Positions 39,651 through 52,300 of a DNA stretch of 64,000 nucleotides are shown here, piece by piece. The stretch lies in the NCBI GenBank assembly GCA_016748015.1, contig JAAOMT010000009.1:1861924-1925923 (forward strand), in the 5' to 3' direction. The notes beneath the pieces were generated by a model. The model had not been told where the DNA came from and did not search any database. It worked only from the letters and a program-made list of their open reading frames with translations. The DNA is from Geosiphon pyriformis uo1. Taxonomy: Eukaryota > Fungi > Glomeromycota. The translations under genes and the position numbers were made by a program. Positions within the stretch are counted from its first letter, which is position 1. Every line of letters begins with the position of its first letter.

Positions 39651-42600
39651 ATCAGATGTTGATCACCTGTTCTAAGTCAGTATAGACTATAAATTTTTTT
39701 GACTCAGGACTGTCAGATGAGTTTTGTTGATTTATTGATTGATTTTGAAACTGCTGATACTCAATTTCCATTTTTTTTTCTAAGTTTTTTTTGTCTTGAC
39801 ACTCTTCACAGCATTGATTTTGGCACAAGATAAGACAGTTTTTGCAAAGATAAATGTTGATTTGAGCGAGATATTGTTCTTGCTCTTGTCAAGTAAGGCA
39901 TAGTTGTTGGTAGTAGTTTTGGAATTTGTCTACTGGGTCAAACATATTGTAGCTGATGACTTTGTTAGCTACTTTGGCTGACTCTTTCCAATGTTGTATT
40001 TCTTCAGCAGTTCTTCCTCTTACTTTGGTCTGTGCAATATTGTACAACTTATCCTCATCATGTGGGTAGTACTGTAGTCTTCTTACTGCTCTGTTGAATG
40101 CTGCTTTAAATGGTGTTCCTCCTCTTACCCAGTCACAGATGAGGATCATGTATTGGCAAATTGTGTATTACATCCTTCCTCTGCCTAACATGTTGATACA
40201 GTTACACCCTTTTGGCAATAGTTCTTCACAAGTAAGACATGGTTCTTTGTTCTATTTTTCATGTTTTTCTGGGTAACCGTATTTTTCTTTATTACAACAG
40301 TTACAATAGTAATGGGTGGAGTTTCTTGGGTCTTTGTCTAGTGTGCTGCACACAGTCATGGACAAGCATTTTTTATTGCAAACTGAGCATTCTAGCTTTG
40401 GTCTGTGTTGCTGGTGGTTTTTTCATAGACTTACCTGGTTCCATTTGAATCTTTCTTCACTCCTCCAAGTTGGTATGGCCAGTAGTCCTGTTCTTTGATT
40501 ATTAGCCCACAAGAGCTGATAAGTTTTGATGGCTGGTAGGGCTGGATTTTCCTCGAATTCAAAGATGGGTCTTTGATTGGTGCTGAATTTTTGGAAGTGG
40601 CCACATGTGGCTGGAATTCTGGCATGGTGGTCATTATAGCTAATAAGAAGCTCTTGGGTGGTCTAGTCTAATGTGGCATTGGCTTTTGTTAGCCAGTTAT
40701 TCCCTACTAATGCTTGATATTGTGTAACATCCATTACTAATACTTTTGTAGGTATTATTATGCTATTAATTTCAAAAGGGAATGTGTCAATTTCACCATG
40801 AGACAGCTTGGTACTTCCATCAGCTGTTATAATTTGGGACATTGTAGCACGATCAACTTTGAAACCCAGTTGGTTTACTAGTTGAAGTGTCACAATGCTT
40901 CTGGTAGATCTACTGTCTAAGATGAGTTTAATTAGCATGTTATTTACTTTTGCTTCTGTGTACATAGCAGTGATTAGGCATTCCTCGTCCAATGCTGTTC
41001 CACTAAACATAGCCTCTTTTTTCTCTAATTCAAAAGGAAAAATAGCTGCAAGACTGTTATCTTCCATAACAACAGCTGGTGGTATTGTTTGGATCAAGTT
41101 CTGGCTATTGGTGATATTTTCAGTTCCAGATATGTTATCATTAATATTTCCAAGATTTAAGTTTTCCAATATATTAAGGTAAGTTGGCTGGAAATTTGGG
41201 TAGTTTGGATAGTTTGTGTTTATTTGCTGATTAGGTCCTATGTAATTAGGATTTCTAGTAATAATCACATTTTAACCTAATATTGGCTGACTTCGAAACT
41301 CTGGATGTTAGTTTGGATTTAGAATTGCTGGTCATTGTTGGTAAGTTCCTTAATTTTGGTACATAGTGAGGTATTAACATGGTATTGGCATGTATTAATT
41401 TTTGAGCATTTGGGGGGGGCATGTAATAATTATTTTCGCATGCCTCTTGCATCATTTGCATTTAACATTGGCCAATCAAATGTCCTATGCATTTGCAAAA
41501 ATAACAGGTGCATGTTTTTGTTTTGAAGTCCTGACATGACAAGTAATTATTTTGGCTGCTACTGAATTTCTGGTTGCATCTTTGAAGTGTTTGGTATGTG
41601 TTATTTCTTCCTGAGTTTGAGATGAGATAACTTTCTATTTTTTTAGAAAGTTCCTCCCCTAATTGTGCTACTTTTTTCTCTAAAGTTTCTGTCTTGTTTT
41701 CTTCAATCACTATGTTAACCATTTAACTATGGTTAGCTTTTTTCTTAGCCGATTCAAGAGCTTTGGTGAGTATAATGGCTTCTGGTAAAAAATTAGGGTG
41801 GACAGAACGTACTCTTCCTAAAATGCTGTTTTTTAATCCTCTAATAAATTGATTTAAAACCTGAGGATTGGTATAGTATCTTTGCTTAATCGCTTCAATC
41901 TGATGGCAAATTTGATTAAATTAAGCAAGGTATTGGGTAACAGTTTCATCTGTATCTTGCTTGATAGTATTGAATTTGTTTTGCAGTTGGATTATGGTGT
42001 TTGGGTCATTAAAATACTCTAAGAGTGTGTCTTTGAATTCAGTGAAGCTATGGGTTTTGTTTCCAAGCTTTAATACCATGAGTCAGCAGTGCCTTTTAGG
42101 AAGAAAGGTAATGTTTGGATTGCTCTTTGATCATTCCAGTTATTTGCCTGGATGGCTTTTTGTGCTTCTTTGAGCCATGTGTGTACATCTGTTTCTTCTT
42201 TTTCTCCTGAAAAATCCATTAATCGTGTGATATATGGTGTGGTCATTTTGTCATTGTTTCCTGTTGGTGGATTTATTGGTCTAAGAGGAAGTGGAATGAT
42301 ATTTCTTTGAGCGTCCCTAAAAGTGACTTCTCTTATATCTGGTTCTTCCTTTTGATTACGAGTTTTTTGGTTTCTGAACTGGCTGCTTGTTCCCATGACT
42401 GGTCTTGTGCTTGTTTTTTCACTGGTTTTTTCAGATTCCGATTCAGACTTCTCTTTACAGTTTTTAAACTCTGCTCTAAATTTTGGTTGAAAAAGGGGTT
42501 TTTGGAATAGCAATGAATATTCTCCTGTTATTGGTATATTTTTCCAATCACATTGTTTAGGTTTATCAGTATAATTAGGAGTTCTCGGTGTTTGTGGGGT

Positions 42601-43192
42601 TGATGTAGATGATGATGCAGCTTTTAATGGAAGTTGGATTTTATTATCTGGGAAAAAATGGTAAGATTTTTCTTCTGGCAAATAAAAGCGTTGTTTTTTT
42701 ACTGATTGCATGATGTTTTTCTTGGGCATTTGGGCAGGTGTTCCTAATTTTTACTGATTTTCTTTGTGATTAATTTCTGGGTTGTGGATGTGTTTTTTGG
42801 TATTTTTTGTGGATATTGGGTAATTTTCATTGGCATATTGCTCAATTTTGCAATGAATTTGAACAATAGTCATGGCTAATGCTGTTGTTTTTTTTGTAGT
42901 AAATTGAGATAATTTTCTATATAATTAATGTTTTGTGTTGTTTGGTTCTTCTTCCCTTCCTATGTAATAATTTATTCTCGCATTAATGTAATAGGTAAGG
43001 GCGTTTTCAGCTGGACAACACTCTTCTGGTAATCCAAAATCATTTTGATGTTGTAAATAAAAGACACAGCAGAATTCAACAACAGTGAGATTAAGAGTTT
43101 TTGTCACCACTTTGGTTTTTCTTCTTTTTAGCAATGAATTATTGCTAATTATTAGTTTTCTTTAATTTTCTTTCCTCATAGGATTCACCAAA

Positions 43193-44009
43193 TGTTACGG
43201 GATGGTTTTCTTGGTATATTTTAATTGTTGATCTTCTGTTTTTAATTGCAATCAGTTTTTCGTGAGTTCTTCTATTTTATGTGTTAGATATTAATGATAA
43301 TGTATTGAAGATTTTTTCTTGATGTTGTAATATAAGTCTTCTTTTTAATTTTAGTTGTCTTTGTATGTTGTGTACTTCTTCCCAAAGGCTAATCTGAAAT
43401 CTATTCACTGTCTGAGATCTTCTTTGAGGCTATCCTTGCAATTGCCTGATGTGTTTCTATAATCTAGAAACACAGAATGTTAATGGTCTTTTCATGATTT
43501 TTCTAAGTATATAATAAAGCTTTTTCAATTTAATTAGTAATCACATGAATAATCTTGATTAAGGATTATTCTTCTAAAGAGTTCAAAGATGGAATGATAG
43601 TTTCATTTATTAGAGAGGGTATGTAAATTTTATTGTTAATCTTGTAATTGTGATGTTCATTCAATTTATTATTTTTATTAATTCTTTTTGAATAAGATTT
43701 TATTTAGATATTTGTTGCTTTAAGTTGAAGCTTGTTCAATTTTTCATCATTAAAACTATTGTATATATATATAATTATTGTTTTACAAAATAATGTCTTG
43801 TAATACTCTATTTCTGTTATTTTTAAATAGTGCTTGCTGCTATTGTGAAATAGTGCTTGCTGCTTTTGCATGATAGTGCTTGCTGCTATTGTAAAATAGT
43901 GCTTGCTGTTATTTGTAAATTATTTCTTTTTATAAATTGTTGCTGTGCTATTTCATGATTGGCTAATTTATATTATTTATAATTTCTATTAAATTCTTGA
44001 ACTGTAACA
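43193..44009 (-). repeat. 5' LTR of element C, containing four 23-bp tandem repeats (43825-43916)
   Basis: TGTTAC...GTAACA termini. Repeat unit AAATAGTGCTTGCTGCTATTGTG. Adjacent PBS at 43174-43192. Confidence 0.9.
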
Positions 44010-47000
44010 CCAGTATATATTGATTATAGAAAAAAAAGTAAAGGATTAAATCTAAATTTTTGAAGCTAAAACAAACATTTGTGAATTAAGAAAAATTGAC
44101 ATTATTAATTACTATATACTAGCTAAAAACCACAAACACATTAAGATTCTTATACATAATACAACTAAAAACTTTATAAAAATATTAAGTAGAATTATTA
44201 TCAAATACTTAAACATAAAAGTTGAGAATTAAGCACTTGCTACTATTCTAGACTTTTTACAACTTTACAAATATGTGGATATTATATTATAAACTATATA
44301 TAAACAAAAAAAATGCTATTTGTTATAACCAAAACAATTAGAACAAATGAACTTAAGAAATTTAGATCTATTTCAACATATGTAGTTTAAGATGTTATTC
44401 AATAATTTTATTGACATTTTTGTGAGTAAAAACAAATTTGGCCAAATTAATATTATCTAACACCAAATCAAAATAGAAAATACTATGTTAATAAAACAAT
44501 AAGCATATAAAGTATCCCCAGCCAGCCATGAAATCATCTAACAAAAAATCAACCAAATATTAGACAATAGGTTAATTCAATTATTAATAAGTTCATAATT
44601 ATTATCAGTAGTACTTATTTAAAAAAAAAATAGAAAAATCTGTTTTTGTGTAAATTACTGAAAACTTAACAGTATTACTTATAGAAACAGTTATCTAACT
44701 CTATAGATACAAAAGTTATTCAATGTTTTTGAAAAAAAGACATGGTTTTAATATTGAACTTAGATAGTAGTTATTGGCAAGTAGTCATAAATCCAAGTAA
44801 TAAAAAGAAAACAACATTTATAATCAGAGAAAAAAATTTTGAATTTAATATTATGTTATTTGGTTTAACTAATGTTTTAGTCATTTTTTAACAATTTATA
44901 GAAATTGTATAAATTGAATTGCTATAAAAATCTGTAGTATTCTACTTAAATAACACCAATATGTTCTCAGAAACATTTGATAATTATTTTTATTATCTTC
45001 AAAAAGTATTCAAAAAGTTAAAAAGAGCCAGATTGAAATTAAATACAACTAAATGCTTCTTTAGCAAAATTGAACTCAAGTTTTTGGAACATGTTATAAG
45101 TAAAAATAGCATCAAAACAGATTCAGACAAGATTAAGATAATTAAATACTTTTTAATATCAACAAATCTTATAAAATTAAGAGCATTTTTGGAATTTACT
45201 AAATACTATTGTCACTTTATTCAAAACTTCTCCAAATTGGCTCAACTACTTTACTAGCTTTAAGCAAAGAATGTTAAATATGAATAAATTGAAACTCAAT
45301 AAGAAGTTTTTGATATCTTAAAAAGAAAGCTTATTTAAGCTTTAATACTAATCTATTCAGATTACAACAAACCAATTATTATTATCATTAATGCATTTGG
45401 TTAAACATTAAGAGCTGTATTATTACAGAAAAAAACTAATAAACAAGAACATTTAGTAACATATGTCAGCCAAAGTTTAAGTTCAGCTGAAAAAAACTAT
45501 AGAACTTTAACATTAGAACACTTAGCTATTTATTGAACTGTTATTAAATAGAAAGAATACTTAAGTCAAAAGTTTAATGTATACACTAATTACAAAAAAT
45601 TAACATTAATTCAAAAACAAAAATTTGGAAATAATTACTATACAAGATGAAAAATATAATTATGACTATTTAATTATATTATATATTATAAAAAAAGAAA
45701 AAAAAATAGAAATGCCAACAGTTTGTCATAAATAAAACAAATCTAAAAACATTTTAACCCAAAAATATAACAAAAAATAAAGATACAAAAATATCAACAA
45801 TTCCAACATTATATTAATACTTAACAGTTAAGAAAAAATTATTTCAAAAGAAACAAAACAACATAAAACAACAATCAAAATATTTTATTATTTACCAAAA
45901 TATATTATATTAAAAAAACAAAAAACATTCAAACCAACTATTCAAAATAGTTACAGAATCAGAAAAAAAACAATACTGTTCAACATGCATTTAAATTCAA
46001 CTACAAAACATTTTTATAAAGAAAAAATCATAAAAAAAACCAGAAAAAAATACTATTGGTCATCAATATATTCAAATATTATCTAATATATTCAAAATTA
46101 TAATGCTTATTAGAAAAAAAAAGGAACAAAACTCAGTATATCACTAAGACTATTTAAAGTAAGACAATTATTCAAATAAATTAGAATTAACTTAGTCAGA
46201 TCATTAACAATAACCAGTAAAGATAATTAATATATAGTAGTAATTATGAACTATCTTATAAAATAGCCAAAAGCAAGAGCAATTCAAAAAGCAGATGCAA
46301 AATTTATAACCAAATTTGTATACCAAAATTTAATTTGTTGACATAAATGTTTAAAAAAATTATTATTAGATCAAGAAATTTATTTTGTAAACAGAACATT
46401 AATAGAATTAAGTTAAAAATTTAAAATTAAGAGACTATTATCATTATCTAATTATTTATATTCTTAGTATTATTTGCTTATTAAATAATAAAACAAAATA
46501 CCATATAAGCAATACTATTTAAATTTGTTTATAGTATAAAAACAACATTACTAGTTGAAATAAATATCAATACATATTTAATAAAACTAATAATAGAAGC
46601 CAATTTTTAGAGAACATTTTTAAAAAGAATATATAATTTAATAAAAACTTTAAAAAACAAAAGATGAAGAACAGCTAATAATATACAAAAGTCACAAGCA
46701 AAACAAAAAAAACAATATAATAATTAATTACTAGATAAACCAGTCAAATTTAGAATTGGAGACAAAGTACTCTTATATTATACCAAAGCAAAAAAACAAT
46801 GGAGTGAAAAATTTGATTTCAAATAGAACAGACTATTTTACATTAAAGAAATTTTAGAAAATAAAGCTTATAAATTAAGATAAAACAACAAAATTTTAGC
46901 TAAAACAGCACATAGAGATTAAATAAAATCATATTACAATATAGCATTATTATTTATTAGTAATATTTTATAACTAAAAATACAATAAATACTAGTTCAA

Positions 47001-48631
47001 TCAGATAAAATTTCACAAGATCTAGAACCAATTATAATTATTAATACAAACATGTCAAATTAATTTACAAAAACAGTATATAAAAAACCAATATATATAA
47101 CAAAAGCAAATAAAAAAATGGAAATTATTATAACATTTATTTACTAGTTTAACAACTATTCCAATTGATTAAACATCAAAAACTGAACATGAAAATCACA
47201 ATCAATTAATAAACTATTTAATATACAAAAAAAAACAGAAATTCTAATATGAAATATAGCATAAAGTATACAAAAGATATAAAAATATAATAAAGGATAT
47301 AATAGCAAAAGTAAAAATATTTATAAAAATACCAAAGACAATAATACTATATAAGAAGTTAATAAAAAAAATTGAAAATAGTAAACACAACAATTTTCAA
47401 GAAACTTTTACTATTATTACTTAGAACAAAAGCTCAATATTCAGAATTTATATACAGATAAAATAAAACAAATGTTTAACATAAAAATATTACAACAATT
47501 CAAACAATTTGTGAGAAAAAACAATCTATTCACACAAACATAAGCAATATACTAGTTACAAACAGAATTTTAAGACTGTTTAAAAATACTATTACATCCA
47601 ACAATAAACATAATAACTATTAACCAATTGAAAAAAATTACCAATATTCAATTTAAAGAATTATGGACCAATATTGTCCAAGTAATTTTCGAAAAAGAAA
47701 TAATAGAGCTAATCTAAAAGAAAGATTTAAGAAATTTAAGAAATCTTAACAGAGTCTAATATTAAAAAAAAAGAATAATATTACTTATAGAAATTAAGAA
47801 TTATAATAATAAATAAAATAACCAATCAGAAATAGACATAGTAAAAAAAAATTGCAGAATTTCTTTTGGAGAATTGCAGAATTTCAGAATTTCAGAATTT
47901 CAGGAATTTTTTGAAAAATTGCAAAATTCTAAAGAATCTCATATAACACAAATTATGTATATATAGTAAAAATATTAAAAACAGAAAAAATATTCGACTT
48001 AAATAAAACAGTAATTAACAATAATTATTTATTCTACTCTTTTTTTTAAAAGATAATTTTCTATAACTTAAAATGAAATTACATTAATATTAATAAAATA
48101 TCTAATTATTATTCAATTTATGTTATCATTGCTTGATTACAGAAATATTAATCACTTTTACACTATTAATATTCCATATTAATAAAATTTAATATTTAAT
48201 CATACTAAACCAATAGTTTTTAATTATAGCTATTAACAAAATACTAATTTCTTATTTTTTTTCTTATTTTTTGTATTTTTTTTATTTTTATTTATTTTTT
48301 TTTGTTTTATTTTTTTGTTGTTTACTAATTGATTAAAAAAATTAAGCACTAAATAATTAATGTTAAAAATAGTCTGATAAAAGACCTAAAAACAAGAGTA
48401 AAAATTTAAGAATAGCTTATTAGAAAGGCACAACTGCCAGAATAAATTGGTTATCACACAAAAAAAAATTTACAAAAGAAATCATCAATTAAATCTTTGT
48501 TCATTATACAAAAAACTCAACCAAAATCTTTAGATTCCAAAATTTTTAGAAATTACCAATATTATTAGCTATTGAGTACTAAGTTACAAGTTTGTTATTT
48601 GTATTAATACTCTAAATAATTATTTATAACA
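44010..48631 (+). mobile_element. Ty3/Gypsy element D (B-related), 3' half only, extremely AT-eroded
   Basis: 44010-44550 matches the post-dUTPase region of B. RT ~44560-45250 (ORF 44961-45257), RH ~45370-45746, IN ~45777-47060. Eroded PPT ~47764-47778. 3' LTR 47779-48631 (TATTAC...ATAACA) is homologous to the B LTR. Confidence 0.88.
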
Positions 48632-48738
48632 CTAATCACATGTAATAAATGTGTAATTTATGTTTAATTTAGAATTTTAAATAGTTGTATTATATTAAAT
48701 AGTAATTGGGTCTTATTTATAAATGCAAAAAAAAAAAA
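48632..48738 (+). mobile_element. Eroded LINE 3' tail with poly-A directly after the LTR of D
   Basis: CTAATCACATGTAATAAATGTGT...AATAGTAATTGGG...AAATGC(A)n aligns to the tail CTAGCCACATGTAGAAAATGCGTG...GATAGTGATTGGG...AAATGC at 7995-8091. Confidence 0.75.
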
Positions 48739-49360
48739 TTTTTTTAATTTACAAAATAATAATTTTAATATTGTTTTTATTTATCAAAACTAATTAATAT
48801 ATTAAAATAATAATAAATATATTAAAAAATTTAAAATAAATAATAAAATATTTTAAATATTAACAGATTTTAATATAATTTTAAAAACTACATTAAATAT
48901 ATTAAAAACTGTTTTAATATTAATTGTAAATATATTTAAAAATATATTATATAAAAAAATAACAATTACAAAAACCAAAAAATTTTTATAGATTTAACAA
49001 TTTTAAAAATAAAAAAAAAACAAACCAATTTAATTTAATATTTAATATTTAAAAAAACTTAAAAAGCAAATTTTATACAAAATAATTTCATATTATTTTA
49101 AAATACAGACTTAATATTAATAAAGATTAATTTAATCTTAAAAGTAATATTAAACACTAAAATAAAACCACTTATTTAATAAATTTTTAACAACTTATAA
49201 TTGTTTTTTAAGTATTATTAAAAATAGCACCAAAAAATCAAAAAAAGTTAATTTAATATTTATTTAGTTAGCTTAATTTTTAAGATCAAATAATTTAATA
49301 AATTAATTAATTAAAAATATATTATTATTATTGTTATTTAAATTAGAAAAAAATTTTAAT

Positions 49361-52300
49361 TTTTTTTTTTCAATCATTTAATGAATGAAGTCCAAATGCA
49401 CCCTAGTACTATACATCATACAAATGATCTAAACTAAGAACAAATCATGTATTTTCTATACGTAACCAGCCACTTAGACCAATCAGAACAATACTACACA
49501 CCTATATGAACAGAAACCAAGTCCTCAATACCCAAAAAAAATGAACACAGATTATGAAATCTGAAACCTACACCAAACGCTTCAGCAATATCCAACAACC
49601 TAACCACACCAGCTGAGAGTGACATGGATAAACCAAAAACTGAAATAAAAATGGAACCATTATGTGGGATTAGCCTATTCTTGTTCATAAAAGCTCGGTG
49701 TTTGGCATGGACCAGCCAAATATCCTCCCTGAATGCAAAGCAAAACTTATGAACAAAGTCCACAACTTTTGATGTTGCAATCTTAGGATCTCTAAAAACA
49801 GAAGCAGACTTATGATACCAATTATTGAAAACAAAGCCTTTGCACAAAGCCAGACCAACAGCAACATCAGAAACACAGGTGTATAGCAACTGTGAAATGC
49901 ATAAAAAAAACCGAGATAGACCTAAACGAGCCTCTCAAACAGATGCATGAGCATTCAACAACTGAGCATAATCTGCAGCATCAAATAGACAACAAAAAAC
50001 ATGATTGGAGACCTCAATGTTACCACAGAACAAACAAACCACACTGGGATAACACTTATTATACAACCATTTGCGTACAGCAACCGGAAGCTGATGATGG
50101 AGGGCCTTTATAAAATAAGTGCAAAGGCCAGCAGTATACATACTAGTAAAACCAGCAGCCAAATGAGAATTCGCATGCCATATCATAGAGGACTTTGACC
50201 AATCAATATCAGCATACAGACTATTTAGCATGACCTGGAAGCCTGATCCAATCTTCTAGCATGCATGATAAACAGACTGGAAAACATCATGAACAAAGTA
50301 TCTAGAACTGCCAAAAACTGCAGTACCACCAGCTTTCAAAAATTTTTCATTGATTAAATGAGGCAGTTGCCAGGCAGAGAGAGTAGCATTCCTAGTGAGC
50401 ATATCAGCATGCTCATTGTCTGAAACATTCAAATGTCCCCTAACTTTAATCCAATTTACACATAAATTTTTGTGATGAATAACATCAGTAATGTGGCAAT
50501 GCTCAATCCAACACCGGTTTCTGAAATCTGGACAAGCCAAAAAAGATTCTGATTTGCATGCATCCAGAGCAGTCTGGCTGTCTGAGAATAAGTCAACCAT
50601 CCGAAAGAGAGGAACACACTCAAAAGCTAAAACAATGGCCTGCAATTTTGTCAGAATAGAAAAAACTATGCCAGACACCTTCATATTCAGACCTGAGTTA
50701 ATGTCCTAAAAAAAACCGCAGTACTAGTCTTCATATCAATAGTACTCAAACCACACAGAGATCCATCTATATATACAGAAAGGCAGACCACATTAGTGGC
50801 CAACAAATTATTACAAATAACTCTGAAATCATGAGACTGATAAACATTAGAAACAGCACCACTATCCATAAGCAAAAAGCATCCAGAAAGAAGAACATCA
50901 CCTTCAAAAAAGTGAACAGAGAGATCAAACCAGAAAGGAACCAGGCCACGAGGGTCCAGCCTTTTCCAACACTTGAAGGTTTTTCAATCAAAGACACCAC
51001 CACTTCGGTTTTACAGCTGCTCCACAAAAGTGATTCCATAACATTTAAGTGACAAGACACACTTAAGAAAATAAGGCTCATTGAGAACCATAGACATAGG
51101 AGTACCACTCTAAAAGTGAAAGACACAGGCCAGAAAGTTGTCCAAAGACAAATCACACCCAGAAAAAATACAAACCACATTAGCCAAAAAGTTATTCGAA
51201 GGGTTAACACCAACATAAGCCAGAAATAGCAAAGGGTGATGAGGGTGCCAACTAAAAACCTGGAGATCATGAGACCTATGAAAAAATAAATGACTCAAAA
51301 TACCAACTGAGTTTGCAAAATCAATAACAGATGCTGATTTACTTTCAGCTTGGATCTGTTCAAAAGTCTTTAAATTGTACAATAAAAAATGATAAAGTGC
51401 ATCATTGAAAAAATCAAATGGCAGCCCCGACTTTGACTTTAGACCTTTGTGTATTAGAGCATCTCATTTATTACACACACTAATAGGAATGAAACTAAAC
51501 TGGGTCTTGTAGCTGACAATGGGAAACAGAATTGCAGACACCAAATATGTAAACTGCTTATCCGAAATTGTCTTTCTCAAAACAAGATTCACAAAAAACT
51601 GAACATCTAAATGAGTTTTAGCCAAGCTAGACTTAGATAAACTCTCAGTTGACAAAAAGATACCCAGATAATAATGAGATTTTCCCTTCTTTGTGACGAA
51701 AATAGACAATCCATTGATATTAAGCTGGGGATTCATAACTCGACAATTGATAGGAACAGCCACTGTTTTGTCGTTATTTATGGAAATATCATTAAACCTG
51801 AAAAATTCACTAGCAACATCAAGAATGTGTTGTGTAGCAGTCTGGCTGTTACTAACCCATATTGTATTATCAACAAAAGCACTAGCAGCAAAAAATGAAG
51901 TCAACTCAGTTTGAGGATCCATCCAGCCAGTCTTAGAAATGAAATTGGAATTTAATCTGTAACCACAAACATTCTCTTGTCTCTTGACTTCACACAAAAG
52001 TGAATCATAGAAAATGCGCCAAAGAAGAGGTGAGAAAACTTCCTTTTGGTCCAACTTATCATGGACATGATACCCATTAGTCAATCCGAAGTTTGTTATC
52101 ACTCTATTAATGCAACCATTGTAAATGCTACCAAAAAACCTTATAAACTTGTCGCACATCTTGATTCTGACCAGACTCCTTCTGAGATGTTCCCAACCAA
52201 CTAAGTCATAAGTCTTATGCATGTCTTGTAAAACCAGCCAAAGTTCTCTGTTTTTTTCCAGGGCATCCTCAACAATAGAATCAATGACAAAAATAGAAGA

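Larger units (their letters stand above)
36205..44009 (-). mobile_element. Ty3/Gypsy element C, lacking its 3' end; interrupted by B just after the integrase GPF/Y motif
   Basis: LTR 43193-44009. PBS TGGTGAATCCTATGAGG. Gag (FFLKGTADSWY, CYFCKCIGHLIGQC). PR LILDS at ~40920. dUTPase ~39650-39230 (KIAQAIF, GFGSTG). RT ~38600-38000, RH ~37800-37400, IN 37371-36205. Confidence 0.93.

Noticed and set aside
43825-43916. CRISPR-like array
   Set aside because: Head-to-tail 23-bp repeats with no unique spacers, inside an LTR, and no cas genes.
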